Assembly (NCBI GenBank): GCA_949280815.1
Contig: CASDJM010000001.1
Coordinates: 41,036 to 105,035 of the forward strand
Reading direction: 5' to 3'
Length of the DNA stretch: 64,000 nucleotides
Origin: an uncultured Clostridia bacterium
GTDB lineage: Bacteria > Bacillota > Clostridia > TANB77 > CAG-508
Shown: piece after piece, positions 1 to 14,744 of the stretch
Layout of the letters: every line of letters begins with the position of its first letter
Position numbering within the stretch: the first letter of the stretch is position 1
The notes under the pieces: model-generated
The model's input: only the letters and a program-made list of their open reading frames with translations
Database searches by the model: none
Told to the model about the DNA's origin: nothing
Made by a program: the position numbers and the translations under genes

Positions 1-3000
1 TCTTCATATTGGGCAGCATTTTCTGTACTTTCTATCTCTGCTATATTAGATTTTGTTCCTAGATTGCTTTGACCTTTAATCCATTTTAAGGTTACCATTA
101 AGTCTTTGCTTTCTCCAACCTCTAAATCAACTTCACTTTCTAGTACTCCATCTGGTCTCATACTCCAATACTCTGGAAGTTCTATAAGATCGCATCCATC
201 TGGCAACTTGTCTAATACCTTAGCTTTTCCTGCTAATTCTCCTTTGTTTGTTACTTTGATATTATATTTGATAAGTAAATCTGTATTTTCTAGTTCTTTT
301 GCATGTATCTCTACTTTTGCTAGTTGGTTATCAAATAAACTTACATTTCTTCCTTTTAAGGTTATACTGCTAATTGTTTTTTCTAATGAAATATTAAAGT
401 CTAGTTTTCTATAATAGTAAATTACAGTATCTCCTACTTCTGTTAATGTGCCTGTTCTATTATCTGTACTCTTTACAAAAGCATAATAAGGTATCTCTGT
501 TTGTTTTGTTTGATATTTATCTCCTACAAACCCAGTAATTTGATATCCATATACTTCCTCGTTTTCTCCATGGGTAATTTCTTTTCCTGTTTCTACATCT
601 ACATATTTGATGTTGATTTTTCCACCTGGAATCTTTTCATAATAGTAAATTACTTCTATTGGTTCTTGTGTCATTTTTCCGGTTGCATTTGTTGGCTCTG
701 GTTCTACTGCTCTGTAATTTTCCACTACTTTTCTTGCTACCTCATAGTTATCTCCTATACGTCCTTCTATGGTATCGCTTGGTAATAATTCTATTTCTTT
801 TGCTCCTTCTGGTTGTTTTTCTAGATATTTTACAATTACTTTTGCCCTGTTGCTCTCATCATATACATAGATTACTTCGATTTGATTTTTGGTCATAACA
901 CCTTGTGCTTCACCTTTTATCTCTACTAATTTATAATTATCTATGTCTTTCTTTTCTGTTTTATAAATATCTCCTAAATATCCTTTTATTAATACATCTG
1001 CTGCTATTTTCTTTCCATTTTTGTCTTGATATTTTACTAATACAGAGGTTTCTAATGGTTCATAATAGTAAATTACTTCTTGTTCTTGTGCTTTTATTGT
1101 TCCTGTCGCATTGTTTGTTGATTCAACATAGTTATAATTTTCTATTTGTTTTCTATTTGTAGTATATTTCTTTCCTACTTTACCAACAATTTCTTCTCTA
1201 TCTGCTATTTCTTTTTGATTGATTTTATTTACATATTTTACAATGACTTTTCCCTGTACATTTATGTTAGTATCAAAACTTACTGTCTTTTCATCTTTTT
1301 GATCTGTTTCATATAACTCTATTTTTCCGTTTACTGTGTTTGTTATTTTACTTCCTGCTAAATCAATGTCTTTGTAAACTAGTTTTAATTGTTTGGTTAT
1401 ATCTATTTTATAGCTTTCTTTTGTAGTTTCTGTATTAATATGTGGTAATTCTTGTTCAAAGGTTATTGTTTGTTTCTCATCATCATATACCCCTTCTGCT
1501 AAGTCTGATTTTGTTACATCTACCTTATATGGTAAGGTATCTACAATTACTACTTTTCCTCCACCTATGTAGTTTCCAATTTCTGCTTTTAAGTTAATTG
1601 TATAGTCAATAGCAGTATTTGCATTTGTTATTTCTTCTGTTCCTGTCTTAGTTAGCTGTGTATTTAAATTGGTATTTGTTAATTTGTAAGCATTTGTTAC
1701 TGTGTATTGATAATTCGTTACTTCGTTGGTTTGTAATTCTTCTGTTGTTATAACAGCTTTTTCATAATGCTCTAAATCTCCTTTTTCTGTTTCAGTCTCT
1801 GTTATTGTATAGGTTATCTTTTTACCTGTTGCCTCATCATATTTTGGTAACCCTTTGTTCTCATAAGTCCATTTATTAGCTTGATTCAATTCTGCTGTTA
1901 TTGCTGTCCCATTGCTTGGCGTAATTTTTATGGTTACGCTATTTGGACGTTTTCCTTTTAAGTTTTCATTATCATCCCAAACTTTTACTACTTTGATATT
2001 TGCTTTGTATTCTTGTTTTAGTGATACATCATCTACTTTTTCTTCATTTACAAAGTCTTTTCCGCCTTTATTTAAATGTTTTTCTGGATAATATGTTTTT
2101 ATTTTTCCTGTTACTGTATTTACTAAGTCTTTTAATACATTTTGTTTTTCATAAACTACTGTTATTTGTTTGCTTATTTTCTTGGTATAATTTCCATTCG
2201 CAAAAGTATTAATATTATTGATTTCTTCTTCCCAAGTTATCGTATTTTTAGCTTCATTATAGGTTCCTCCTGCTAAATTTGATTGAGCCATATCAATTTT
2301 TGCTGGTAATGTATCTACTATGGTTGCTGTCGCTTTTCCCATATAATCTTTTATATTTATGTCATATGTAAGATTATAAGTTACTACACCATCTTCTTTT
2401 GTAAGTACTGCTACTCCATTTTCATCTGTTTTATTGGCTATTACTGTCTTTTGTGCACTATTTTCTATGGTTGGTGTTATTAATTGATAATAGTAGTTTA
2501 CATCAATTGGTGCTTCTTTCATTTTTCCAGTATAGTTTTCAGGTTGTTCGCTAATACAGCTATAGTTTGCTGGAACTTTTGTTGATTTGCTTGTTGTATA
2601 CTCTTCTCCTATGATTCCTGATTTAATTTCATCATCCGCTAATTTTATTGTTGTATTTACTCCTGTTTCTGCATCATAAATATAATGATGGACTCTTACT
2701 TCTGTTGCAATTTCCATTTTAGTTTCTTCTTCTGCTTTTGAAGTATTTTCTCCTATTGTTTCATATTCGGTTGGATTCTCTTTCTTTGGTGCTTGTAATT
2801 TTATAGTACCTTTTACTTCATTCTTCATGCTTTCTGCTGTATTATCTAAGTTTTCATATGCATAACTTAAAGAAATTGCTTTGGTAATTTTTATATTGTG
2901 TGCTTCTGAACTTGAGAAAGTATCAATATTGCTTATCTCTTGTTGCCATGTAATAGTTTGCATATCTGCATCGTAGTTTCCTCCATCTAAATCTGATTTT

Positions 3001-6000
3001 TCTTCATTAATTGGATATGGAAGTGTATCTACTATGGTTGCTATTGCCTTTCCTTCAAAATCATTTACTGTTGCATTAAATTCTATTTCATAATATACAT
3101 TAGTATCTTTTGATGTTATCTTATCTTGCTTGCTTGTCTTATCGATGCTAGTTTCATAGCTTACTGTTGGAATGGTTACTTCATTCGTTTCTTCATCATC
3201 TACGATTGCTCTATTCGCTATATTTCCTGTTGTATCTTCTTTAACCGTTACTTCAAAACTTAAAGTTTTTACACTTGCTCCTTCTTCTCCTGCCTCTGGT
3301 ACATTAATTGTAATTCCATTTGCTAAATCTTCTGCTACCATTTCTGCTTTGGCTTCTTCATCAATTTTGATAGAGCCTTCTACAAAGGTAGTCCCTTCTG
3401 GAATATTATCTCTTACGACTACATCTTTTTCTAAGTTTCCTTCATTCTTTACTGTGATTTTATAGGTTATTTTTTCTCCTGGTACTACATATTTTCTACT
3501 ATTGTCTGTTGTTAATTCTTTTGATGCCGTTATCTTTGGTTCTCTTAGTTTATAGTAATAAATTACTACTATATCGTCTTTTGTATATGTTCCATTCGTC
3601 TCTCCAATAGAAGATAAGAACTCATAAGCATCTGAAGCATTTTCACTTGGTTTAGTTGCATAGATATTGCCAACAAAACCTGTTTTTATTTCATCTTCTA
3701 CTACTTCTGTGTCTTTTGCTGGTACTTTGGTTGTTGTTCCTTCAATATAATGATGAACAATTACAGTTCCCGTTATTTTTTCGAATTCTACTTCAACTTC
3801 TTGGTCTTCTCTTAAATCTTCAAATTTGCTTAATTCTACGATTTTATCATCATTTGCTGTGAAGGTTATTTCTTCTCCATTTATCTTTATGGTTTTTACT
3901 TGATATCCTTCATCTGGTGTTATGATAATTTCTTTGGTTGAATCCTCACCATAAATTACTGTTTCATATGGTTTTTGTCCTTCCCCAGAAATACTTCCTC
4001 CTTGCACTTTTGATACTTGACCTAAAGAATCAGTTTCTTCATGCTCTATAACCTTTGTTGTTATTTGAGCTGTTTTCAATTTATAGTAATAGATTACTAC
4101 TATTTCTTCATCTCCATAGGTTCCATTACTATTAGATGGAACTTCTACTAATTCATATTTTTCATTTACATTTGTTAAGCTTTGAGTTGTATATATTTCT
4201 CCTTTGTTTCCTTGTGTTACTAAATCTTGTGCTAATTTATTATTATCTAGTGGTACCTGATTTTCGGTTCCTTCTATATAATAATGTACTGTTAATGGTA
4301 TTTGTTTTTCTTCATAGTAATAAGTAACAATTATTTTTCCTTCTCCATAAACTCCTGTCGCATTGTCTGGTACTACATATTCTTCATCTTCATTTTTTTC
4401 TAAGTCATATCCTACAATATCTAGTTTTGGTTTTGTAACGTAACTATCTCCTTTATCTCCATAGTATATTTCGTCTTCTGCTAATTTTGTATCTGTGTAA
4501 TTTCCTGTTCTATCTTTTAACATATGATGTACGATTACACTTGGTTTTTCATAATCTTGTATCGTAAAAGTATGAGTTCCATTTTGTACAAATTCAATAT
4601 TAGCTATTGCTGTATTAATTTGGTAACCTTCTGGTGCTTCGATTTCAGTTACACGATAAGTTCCGTAAGGTAATTGTGTAACTATTTTTCCTTCACTGTT
4701 AGTTTCTAGTTCTACTTCATATTCTGTCGCATCTTCTTCATTTGGTATTCTTTCTAATCTTATTTTTGCACCTTCTAGTTTAATATTGTTATCTTCTGCA
4801 TCTACTTTTTCTATTTCTATTTTATTAGATGATAGGACATAGGTTACTACTACTTCTTTGTCTTCTGTAATATCAGTAAAGGTTGGCATTGTATAGGTTC
4901 CATCAGCATTTGCTGTAAATTTCTGTTCTTCTCCATTTACAGTAATTTTGATGATTTCATAGTTTGTATCTGGTGTCATTACAATTGATTTTGTGTTAGA
5001 ATCTCCATATTTTACAGTTTCATATATGAAGTCTTTTTCTCCTGAAATGCTTCCACCTTTTATGCCATTAATTGGTTCTACTTTAGTTTTTATATTGTAT
5101 TCTTTTCTGTTGTTGTCTACTTTTAATTCTAAGTTTCCTGGCTTTTCTGCTTCTAATTCTATTTCTTTACATCTTAAAATATATCCATCATAAGAGTTGT
5201 ATCCACCATGATGATTTACAGTGAATCTACTATCTAACTGTAGCGCAGGATGTGCTGTTGTAGATCCACAAAGTACAATATCTCCATTTTCAAGTTGCAC
5301 GATTTCTTTCATATCCATTATATGTGGAGTATTTTCTAAAGTTTTAGTATTTAATACTTTACCATCATTTGAAAATTTAATAATAGCATTATCGGTATAC
5401 CCTCTAGCATTGGTTATTGTTTCTCCTGTAGATAACGTTGCGTTTTGTCGTTGGAACAGACCAATAACTGCAAATCCACCTTCTCTTAGAGCCGTTACTC
5501 CATTAAAAGCATCCCATCCATTCAAAGAATAGATTTCTCTATGATATTCTATTTTTCCATTACTATCATATTTTATTAATAGTCCATCACTGTCCCCTTT
5601 CCTCTGTACAACTTCTTTATTTGATAATCCAATGTTGCCTCCTTGCCATTTTGCTACTACTACATATCCTCCATCATTTATTTGTACTGCATTAAAAGCC
5701 TGATCAATGTCTACTCCTCCGAAAGTATCAACCCATTGTACATTTCCATCACCATCATATTTTGCTACAAATGCATCATTTTCTCCTTTATTAGATATAT
5801 ATTCATCGTCCTTAAAAAATCTTCCACTGCTTCCAGAAAGTCCAGCTATAATAAATCCATCATCATTAGTAGGCTTTATACTATTAATAGAATCATATTC
5901 GTTTCCATTGATTTGTTTATACCATACTATATTCCCTTCGCTATCATACTTTATGATGATTCCATCACGACTACCTGCATTCGTTATATTGCTTCCATTA

Positions 6001-9000
6001 GATAATACAAAACTTGCACTATAATGTCCTGCTACAATACAGCCACCATCTTTTGTTCCTATTGCATCTATAATAAAATCATAAGCACTTGAAGCTATTG
6101 TGTCATACCATACTATATTTCCTTCATTATCATATTTTACTATAATTCCATCTGCATCGACATTACCACCTTTAACCGTTATTTCTACATCATTTGATAA
6201 TCTTATTGTATCTCTAAATTCTCCTACTGCAATATATCCTCCGTCTTCTGTCTGTGCAAATCCATAATAATAATCATCGTCTATGCTACCAAAAGTATCA
6301 CTCCATTCAATCTCATTATCTTGATTATATTTTATGACAAGTGCATCTTTTTTACCATTACTTGTATAGGTTGTTCCATCAGATAATGTTATCGTATCCT
6401 CAAAAGATTTACCTGTAATATATCCTCCATCTGATGTAGCACATATTTTATTTAAATTATCTGTACCTGTTCCGCCAACCATTTCTCCCCATACGGAATA
6501 ATATTGAGTTACTGCTGGTGTTACATTAGCATCCATTAAATTTTCTACTTCTGGATATACAGCCACATCATATTTGGCAATAATTCCTTTGCCTGTATTA
6601 CATCCTCCTATCACATATTTTTCATCATCTGTTTCCACTAAGCCACCAATTGAGAATTCTATGTTTTGGCTCCATTGTTCTTCTCCCTTTTTATTAAATT
6701 TCGTTATATTATTAATATCTAATAATACAAATCCATCATCTTTTGTTGCTACAACGCCATAAATAGCACTTTTCTTTGCTTGATAGCTCCACTCAATTTT
6801 ACCATCTTCACTATATTTTATAACAAAACCTTGAGCTCGATTGGTAGAACCAAAAAGTTCATCTCCATTGGATAATATTAAAGAATCACTACTAACTAAT
6901 CCTACTACTAAATATCCTCCATCTTCTGTAGGAACAATCCCATTTGGCATATCAGATGCAAAACTTTCACTACCTGATCCAGAAATCATATCATACCATA
7001 TTACATTTCCTCGTTTATCATATCTTGCTACAATTATGTCTTGATTCTGAGATGTAATTATTTCTCCATTTGCTAAAGTGATACTACCTGTAAATTGACC
7101 TTCCACTATATATTCATCATTTCCTGCTTTTGCTATACCTCCAATTTGAAAAGGATTTGCTTTGTTCCATTCTATATTTCCGTTTTTATCATATTGCAAT
7201 AACAAACTACACTCGTCACTTTCTATTGTTATTTCTTTTCCAGTCCTTGATGAAGTTATACTGTTACTTCCAACATTTGCTCCTAGCATAACGCCCCCAT
7301 CTGATGTTTCTAAAATGGCACTTATATTTTCAGAACTAGTACCTCCTATTATATCACTCCATAATATATTTCCTTTTGTATCATATTTTACTATAACTAT
7401 ATCAGTTGAGTACGATCTGTTACTTAATACATCTCCGTTAGATAGCGTAATAGAACTTTCTGATGTTTGACCTGCTAATATGTAATTTCCATCTGTTGTT
7501 TCTACTATCTTTTTATAATTTACGTCATATCCGCTACCACCAACAGTATCTGCCCATTCTATTTCTCCTTCTGCATTATATTTCATGATGAAGCTATTTC
7601 CTCCTCCATGATTAGTTAATACCTCTCCATTTGGTAGTGTAATCTTCGGAAAAGTAAAATATCCACTTGTTAAATATCCTCCATCTGATGTTTGAATAAC
7701 ATTGGTATTATAACTTAATTGTCCTCCTTCTATTGTCATTTTCCATTCCTGATTTAATTCAACTTCACCTGCTCTTGAATTTCCAACTCCAAAGTAATAA
7801 CTTCTTTCTTCAATTTCTTCTGGTATTTCATATTTTTCTAAAGTTTCTAATTCAACTACTTTATAAAGTCCCTCTGCTAAATCTGCTGTAATTTGTCCAT
7901 TTTCATCTGTTTTTAATACTCTGTAAGTTTCACCATTAATAGTTTCTAGTTCTCCTAACACTTCTCCCCTTGCATTAGTTGCAAAGGATTCTTCAGCATT
8001 TGCCCCTATCGCATATAAAGCAAATTTTACATTTGGTAATAAGGTGCCTATCTCTCCATCTTTTTTCTCTAACTTAAAGACTGGTTTATCTTCTATAGTT
8101 AGTGATACTATATTTCCATTTATATTAGTTTCTTTTACTTCCCCTGAGATAATATCTACTTGTAATTGTTCTCCTTGGTTATAAGCTTTCAATTTTATTG
8201 GTAAGGTTTTAATATATCCTTGTGGTGCTTCTGTTTCTGTTAGAGTATATTCTACTTCATCATTTTCATCTGTTCCTATGTATAATCCATCAATTGTTAT
8301 TTGACCTGCTTCATTCGTTGTATCATTTTGTGCTTGATCCATTCCTGGTCCTTCTATTTTGAATTTTGCACCTGATAAAGTATCTGTTGTATTCTTTTCT
8401 ACTTTTACAATCTGTAATTGATATGTTGGTCTCGGTTCGTTTTGTAGTTCTAATGTTAATACTGGTATTTCATCTTGTTTCGTTAATTCTGCTTTATAGA
8501 CTTCTCCATTTGTCAAATTGAATTTATATTCACTATCTTCTCTAGTTATGATAAACTTTACTGGCTCTCTCATTAGGAAATAGCCATTTGCTTTGGTTTC
8601 TTCTATGGTATATTCTTCCCCTAAAAGAAATCCTTTTGAACTAATTTCTCCTTCTTGGTTTGTAGTAAACGTCGTTCCACCTTTTCCATCTCCTATTATT
8701 TTAAATTGTGCTCCTTTTAACTTTTCTCCTGTTTGCTTGTCTGTCTTTATGATTTGTAATCTTGCCTTTGGTTCATCTTCTACTTCTAGTTTTACTTTCC
8801 AATCTTTACCTTCTCCTTTTGTAACATTTATATTTCTTGTCGTTCCATTCACTTTATTTACTTGTAAATTACCTTGTTCATCGATTTGTGTATTAATTTT
8901 AATTTCATCTTCGTTTAGTTGATATTCTTGTGGTGTTTTTGTTTCTTTTATAGTATATTCTTTTTCTGCATATAATCCCTTGATTATTAATTTTCCATTT

Positions 9001-12000
9001 TCATCTGTTACTGCAGATCTAGCTTCTTGTGTTTGTGTATCTGTTACAATATAAGTTGCTCCTTTTAGTGCTTTGTCTGTTTTACTTTGATATTTTGTTA
9101 ATTCTAAATCATATTGTTCTGCTATCATAAATCCTAATTTATTAGATTCTACTTTTGTTCTATATTTTCCTTCATCTGTGTCTAAACTAAAGTTTACAGC
9201 ATGTGTACAATAACTTACTTCATTATAGTTTAATCCTTCTGGTATATTTAATTTATAGTTTATTATGAAAGTCTTATCATCTGGCATTACATAATCTTCA
9301 AATACAACTATATAGCTTTTTATATTATCCCAATTTTCAACGTTCTCTGCTGTTACCCAACCATTTTCTTTATTCTCCACATCTATTGTTGGATTTTCAT
9401 TTGTCGTATAATATATTTGTGTATATGCTTTTAAATCATCTGGAACTTCTATTCCTGCAGCCTTCATCGTTGTTGTAAATTGTGAATTTAAGTCTTTTCC
9501 ATTGATAACATAACTATTACCTACAAAAGGTATTCTTCCCATTATAACAATATCACTTATGGTTCCTCCATAGTTGTTTGTAATGTTGATAGAAACTTTC
9601 GCTTCCCTTTGATTCTTATCTATCTTTGCTATTCTTGGTGCTACTGTAATGCTTCCTTTACTATCATACTCTGAAGCACTTGAACTGGTTAACAAACTAC
9701 TTGGTGATACTAAAATCAATTCACTTGTTGAATAACTTACGATTTCTTGTACATTTGCATTATTATTTACATCGTATTGATCTATACCTGAATAATAATA
9801 ATCTTCTGCTTGTTCATTTGATGCATATAATTCTATCTTAGTATTGGTTGTTGAAATGATTGGATCTGATGTCATATCACAGTCAACTATTATATTAAAT
9901 CCTACTTCTATCGTATTGCTTGTATATATTTTGATATAAAAATTCCCATCTTCTTCATATACCTCATAATTGTCTATTTGAACATGAGTATCATTTACCC
10001 TTACAGCATTTACATGTAAATCTATAATCTCTTTTGGAAATTTTAATAAAAATGTTCCATTTATCCATGCGTCTTGGTTGTTTTTCTCATCTCGTACAGC
10101 TTTTATTATTATGTTATTTCCACTTGTTGTTTGTGTTGATGTCGCTTTTGGTTGTGCCTCTACTTGTGCTATTGACATTCTATTCTCATAAGAAGCTTCT
10201 CCATATTTTGTTTCTATATATCGTATATCATCTGTTCCATCTGTTCCAAAATTTACATAACCAGATAGTCTTCCTCTTATATATTTTAATGTCTCAAATT
10301 CCTCTCTTGTATATCTATCAGTTAATTTTTGATCATCTACTTCTTTTATATTTATGATTCCTAAGCTTACACCTGTTACTGGAGTACTCGTTTCTATTCT
10401 TATATGACTTACTCCTTCATCATAATAATATGGGTTTTCTTCATCATATTGTTTGTATTCATCATTTGTAAATTCTACTAACAATTCATTTGTCTCGTCA
10501 TTATATACTCTTATCCATCCGTTGTCTTCTTTTAAGAATCTTGGGTCATTTCTTTCGAAATATAATCCTGTATACTTTACGATATCTCCCATTTCTCCTG
10601 CTGTTGTTTTGTCAGATTTCAAAAATTCATTTGTCTTTTGAACTTCATTTTCATCCACTAATAAATTTCTGGTATCTTTCATTATAATACCTGACTTTTC
10701 TACACTGTCGTTTATTTGTACAACCCACTCCTCTGGATAATAATCTTTCTCTTCGACTTTACCTGCGTTATTATATAGTTGGGTTGGTTTTGATTTTGAT
10801 ACTATCCATCTATGGATTGGTTCTTTTACAAAATCTCCCATATATATCTGAAAAGTTATTTCTTCTTGTATTTGTGTTTCCAATGATATCGTTATATTAT
10901 CATCTACTACATTTGATTTATATGGGGTATCAAATTCCTCATTATCATTATTATATCCTTCATAGTGTGCTGCAATTGGTATAACAAGTTTCTTAAATTC
11001 TTCTATTGCATCATATGCTTCTTCTGGATATTCTATTAAAAACTCATACTCATTATATATATTATTCCACCATACAGTAGTATAGGCATTTGATATTATG
11101 TTTCCTGTTTCATCTACCTCTGCCTTTCTTTGTGCTGTATATTTTCCAGTTTCTTTATTATAAGTATACTCTACATTTGTTCCTGATATTTTTACATCTA
11201 GTGGTTTATATCCATTAAGTTCTGGTATTGTTCCCTCTATATATGATTTACTTAGTATTAATTGATTTGCTGTTTCTTGTGTCACTACTTTAAAAGATAG
11301 TCTCGTTCTATCTTCTTTCTCTTTTCCTACATAAATAGTTCTTCTTCTATTGCCCATATCATTTTTATAAGTTTCTGGAATAGAACACGTTACTTTTCCA
11401 TACCAATCTACTGTTAAATCTATTTCTTTCCTTATTTCTGTTTCTGTTCCGTCTTTTGCCACATAAGTTCCTGTTAATACTACTTGATTTACTCTACTAT
11501 ATTTAGTAGTATCTTTCCCTATTGCATCTATCCTAGTTGTTTTCTGTGAATAATCCCCTGTTCTTACATTTCCTGTTAACAACTTCTGCGTTCCGTTTTC
11601 TATAGTATTTAATTCTATCTTTTTCGTATTTGTATTAATATAATTACTTTTTACCTGCTCATCTTTTACGATAGCAGTATTAAAATAGAAGTTATTTGCA
11701 TTGACAGTTATAATTGGATTTTTTAATGACCCTTCTGTCAATACATTTAATTCTAAATATAGTGTATCTTCTTTTCCTATTTCTTTACAAGTTCCTTTTA
11801 TTCTCTCTGCATAGCCATCTTCATCTAAATCACGCAAAAAGAATGCATTAAATTGGACACAATTGCTAGTACCTTCTACTACTTCTTCTCCTTCTTTAAC
11901 TTGCTCATACGTCATTGCTCTGGCTAATTCTGTATCTATTTCATTAAGTCTGTCTGATTGCATTCTCACTATTAGTATTACAATTAAACCTAATACTGCC

Positions 12001-12060
12001 AATGCAATTCCCATGCTAATGATAACCTTATGTTTTCCATTCTGTCTTTCTTGTTTCATA
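1..12060 (-). CDS. Giant cell-surface repeat protein. It is more than 4000 aa within the window and the C-terminus lies beyond position 1. It has a signal/TM N-terminus, a block of ~50-aa beta-propeller-like repeats, Cna-B/SpaA-type prealbumin-fold repeats, MucBP-like repeats and DUF11-like repeats.
   Basis: Manual minus-strand translation starts at the ATG at 12058-12060 (RBS GGAGGG about 7 nt upstream; N-terminus MKQERQNGKHKVIISMGIALAVLGLIVILIV) and reads without a stop to position 1. Repeated motifs include 'DGGYI.G...LSNG....DAIIKYD..GNI.W', 'VIVHHYIEGT...GNIYAT', 'KATATIVDTLP', 'YT.KETKTPQEY' and 'KITYKITVKNEGNLEKDVVV' (DUF11-like). The ORF track shows only short antisense ORFs here because the ORF leaves the window. 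Confidence 0.85.
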
Positions 12061-12154
12061 AAATTCCCTCCAAAAATCATATTTGAAATATTTTTATTTA
12101 GCTTATTATATTATCTAAAAAATTCAAAGTAAATATGAGATTTTTCAAAACAAA

Positions 12155-12201
12155 AAAGAACTCCTCGTTTTTCATTACGGAAGCTCTTTTTCTTTGTTTT
12201 A
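12155..12201. terminator. Hairpin flanked by A-run and T-run; likely bidirectional terminator between the surface-protein gene and pcrA
   Basis: aaaaaagaactcctcg...cggaagctcttttt followed by tttttctttgtttt; imperfect stem. Confidence 0.35.
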
Positions 12202-12297
12202 TTTCTTTTTCTTTACATTATCATTTTTTTTGTGTCATATTTCTTAATATTTCTCCATCTCTCCTAGGGAATAAACATTTTCACAATGTTGCATATT

Positions 12298-14608
12298 TTA
12301 TTCAATAACCTCTAAATTAGCAAATTTTGCCATTAGTCTCTTATGCCCTGCTTTGTCAAAATTAATATCTACCTTTAAATCTTCTCCTTCTGGTTCTACT
12401 AAATTAATTGTACCTTCCCCAAATTTTTTATGAAATACCCTTACACCTGCCTCATATTGTGATAAATCGATTGTATTCTTATTTGATACTTTTTTGCCTA
12501 AATTACTTAAAAAGTTCTCTGCTGTTCGGAAAGAAAAACTACTATTACTTTTAGCTACCATGACTGGTTCTTTCTCATTTACTTTATACGTTTTTATATT
12601 ACTTCTATTCTTACTTCCATAAGTCCACGTATAAGAAGAATCTTTAAACATTTCTTCTTTATTAGAAGTTTGCCCAAATGTTTCTTCATATCCTTCTAAT
12701 AATTCTTCTGGAATTTCTTCTAAAAATCTTGACACTGGATTGTAGCTGGTTGAACCAAATATCGTTCTTTGCTTACTACAAGTCAAAAATAGATTTTCTT
12801 TTGCCCTTGTAATTCCTACATAACATAGTCTTCTTTCTTCCTCTAATTCTTTTGGATCCATCATTGACTGATGTCCTGGAAAAATCCCCTCTTCCATTCC
12901 CACCAAAAATACCACTGGAAATTCAAGTCCTTTAGCACTATGAAGAGTCATTAGCGTAACCGATTCCTCTTCTTCTTCCATATTATCTAAATCGCTGGAT
13001 AAAGTAATTCCCTCCAAAAATTCATTTAAAGAATTTTCTGCAAATTCTTCTTCAAATTCGATAGCAACCGTCAAAAATTCATCTAAATTGGCTATCCTAT
13101 TTTCTGCTTCTATAGTATTTTCTTGCTCAAGTGCTTTTGCGTAGCCTGACTTTTTTAGCGTTAATTTAATCAGCTCTGATATAGTTATGCCATCTTTTTT
13201 TGTCTTTAACTCTTCTATAATATTGATAAATTCTCTGGAATTTAAATATACTCTATTTAATCCATATTCATCTGCCTTTTGGATAACTTCATACATAGAA
13301 ATTTCATTTGTAACAGCTATTTGCTCTATTTTTTCTAAGCTTGTCTTACCAATTCCTCTTTTGGGTTCATTAATAATTCTTTTTAGACTTAAATTATCAT
13401 TACTATTTTGTATCAACCTCAAATAAGCAATAATGTCTTTAATTTCTTTTCTCTCATAGAATTTTAACCCACCTATAATTCTATAAGGAATATTTTCTCT
13501 CCTGAAAATATCTTCAATGGCTCTAGATTGTGTATTCATTCTGTATAATACTGTAAAATCTGAATATCTATAATATTCTTGTCTTTTCAAATGTTCAATT
13601 TGTTCTACAATATAAGCACCTTCATCATATTCATTATCTGCCTGATAAACATGTGGCAAATTTCCTTCGTCATTTTGTGTCCAAAGTTCTTTTTTATATT
13701 TTACTTCGTTGTTTTTAATAACACTATTAGCTGCTTTTAAAATGTTTTGAGTACAACGATAGTTTTGTTCCAATTTTATAATTTTAGTGCCAGGAAAATC
13801 CCTTTCAAAGTTTAATATATTTGAAATATCTGCTCCTCTAAAGCTATAAATTCCTTGATCATTATCTCCTACTACTGTAATATTTCCATTTTTAGAAGCA
13901 AATAAAGTAATCAACGTAAATTGTGCTTTATTTGTATCTTGATACTCATCGACCAACACATACTGAAATTTATTAGCATAATATTCTAATATGTCTGTAT
14001 TTTCCATCATAATTTTTATGGTATAGTTAATAATATCATCAAAATCAATGGCATTATTTTCTCTTAATCTTTTTTGATATAACTCATAAACTGTTGCAAT
14101 CTTTTCTTTTCGAAAGTCCCCATTGGCTCTCAATGTGTATTGATCTGGTTCTAACATGTCATTTTTCGCATTACTAATTTCAGATAACACACTTCTATCT
14201 GTAAACAATTTGTCATCGATTGCTAAATCTTTCAAGCAAGTCTTTACTAACGTTCTTTGGTCCGTTGTATCAAATATGATAAAAGACGAATCAAATCCTA
14301 TTCTATCAATAAATCTTCTTAAAATTCTTACACAAATAGAGTGAAAAGTTCCCATCCAAATATCTTTGGCTGGTTCTCCCACTAAATTGACAATCCTTTC
14401 TTTCATTTCATTAGCTGCTTTATTCGTAAAGGTAATCGCCAAAATATCCCATGGCTTTGCACCTTTTTCTTCTATTAAATAAGCTATTTTATGTGTTAAT
14501 ACTTTCGTTTTTCCACTTCCTGCACCGAGCTATAACTAAACATGGTCCTTCTGTAGTTGTTACAGCTACATATTGTTTATCATTTAATCCTTCTATTATG
14601 TTTTGCAT
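12298..14608 (-). CDS. pcrA: ATP-dependent DNA helicase PcrA/UvrD family (about 770 aa). As sequenced it is interrupted by a single extra base at plus-strand 14527.
   Basis: Removing the C before GGT joins the 14489..14710 ORF (MQNIIEGLNDKQYVAVTTTEGPCLVIA) in frame to ...GAGSGKTKVLTHKIAYLIEEKGAKPWDILAITFTNKAANEMKERI (Walker A). Helicase motifs are seen throughout. The C-terminal end (GVRVFHKKFGEGTI...) is read as PcrA-specific (Tudor-like domain). Start ATG at 14606-14608 with RBS AGGAGAG. Confidence 0.85.
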
Positions 14609-14744
14609 TTTTCTCTCCTTTTGCTTCGTCTTATTTTCTTTCCTAATTATATAATCCTTAATCATAAAAGTCAATAGAAACGATAAAATTTCAAACATTT
14701 TTTCGCTCATTCTTAAGCAACAGAAAAAACTACTTGATTATTTC

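Noticed and set aside
106-12132. Numerous 60-120-aa plus-strand ORFs in the six-frame track across 1-12 kb
   Set aside because: They are antisense to the single giant minus-strand ORF, which is in frame for about 4000 codons with an RBS. Their products are low-complexity Leu/Phe/Ser-rich artefacts of the AT-rich antisense strand.
14489-14710. 73-aa ORF that could be read as a separate small gene
   Set aside because: It is the true N-terminus of pcrA (MQNIIEGLNDKQYVAVTTTEGP...), separated from the body only by the single-base frame break at 14527.
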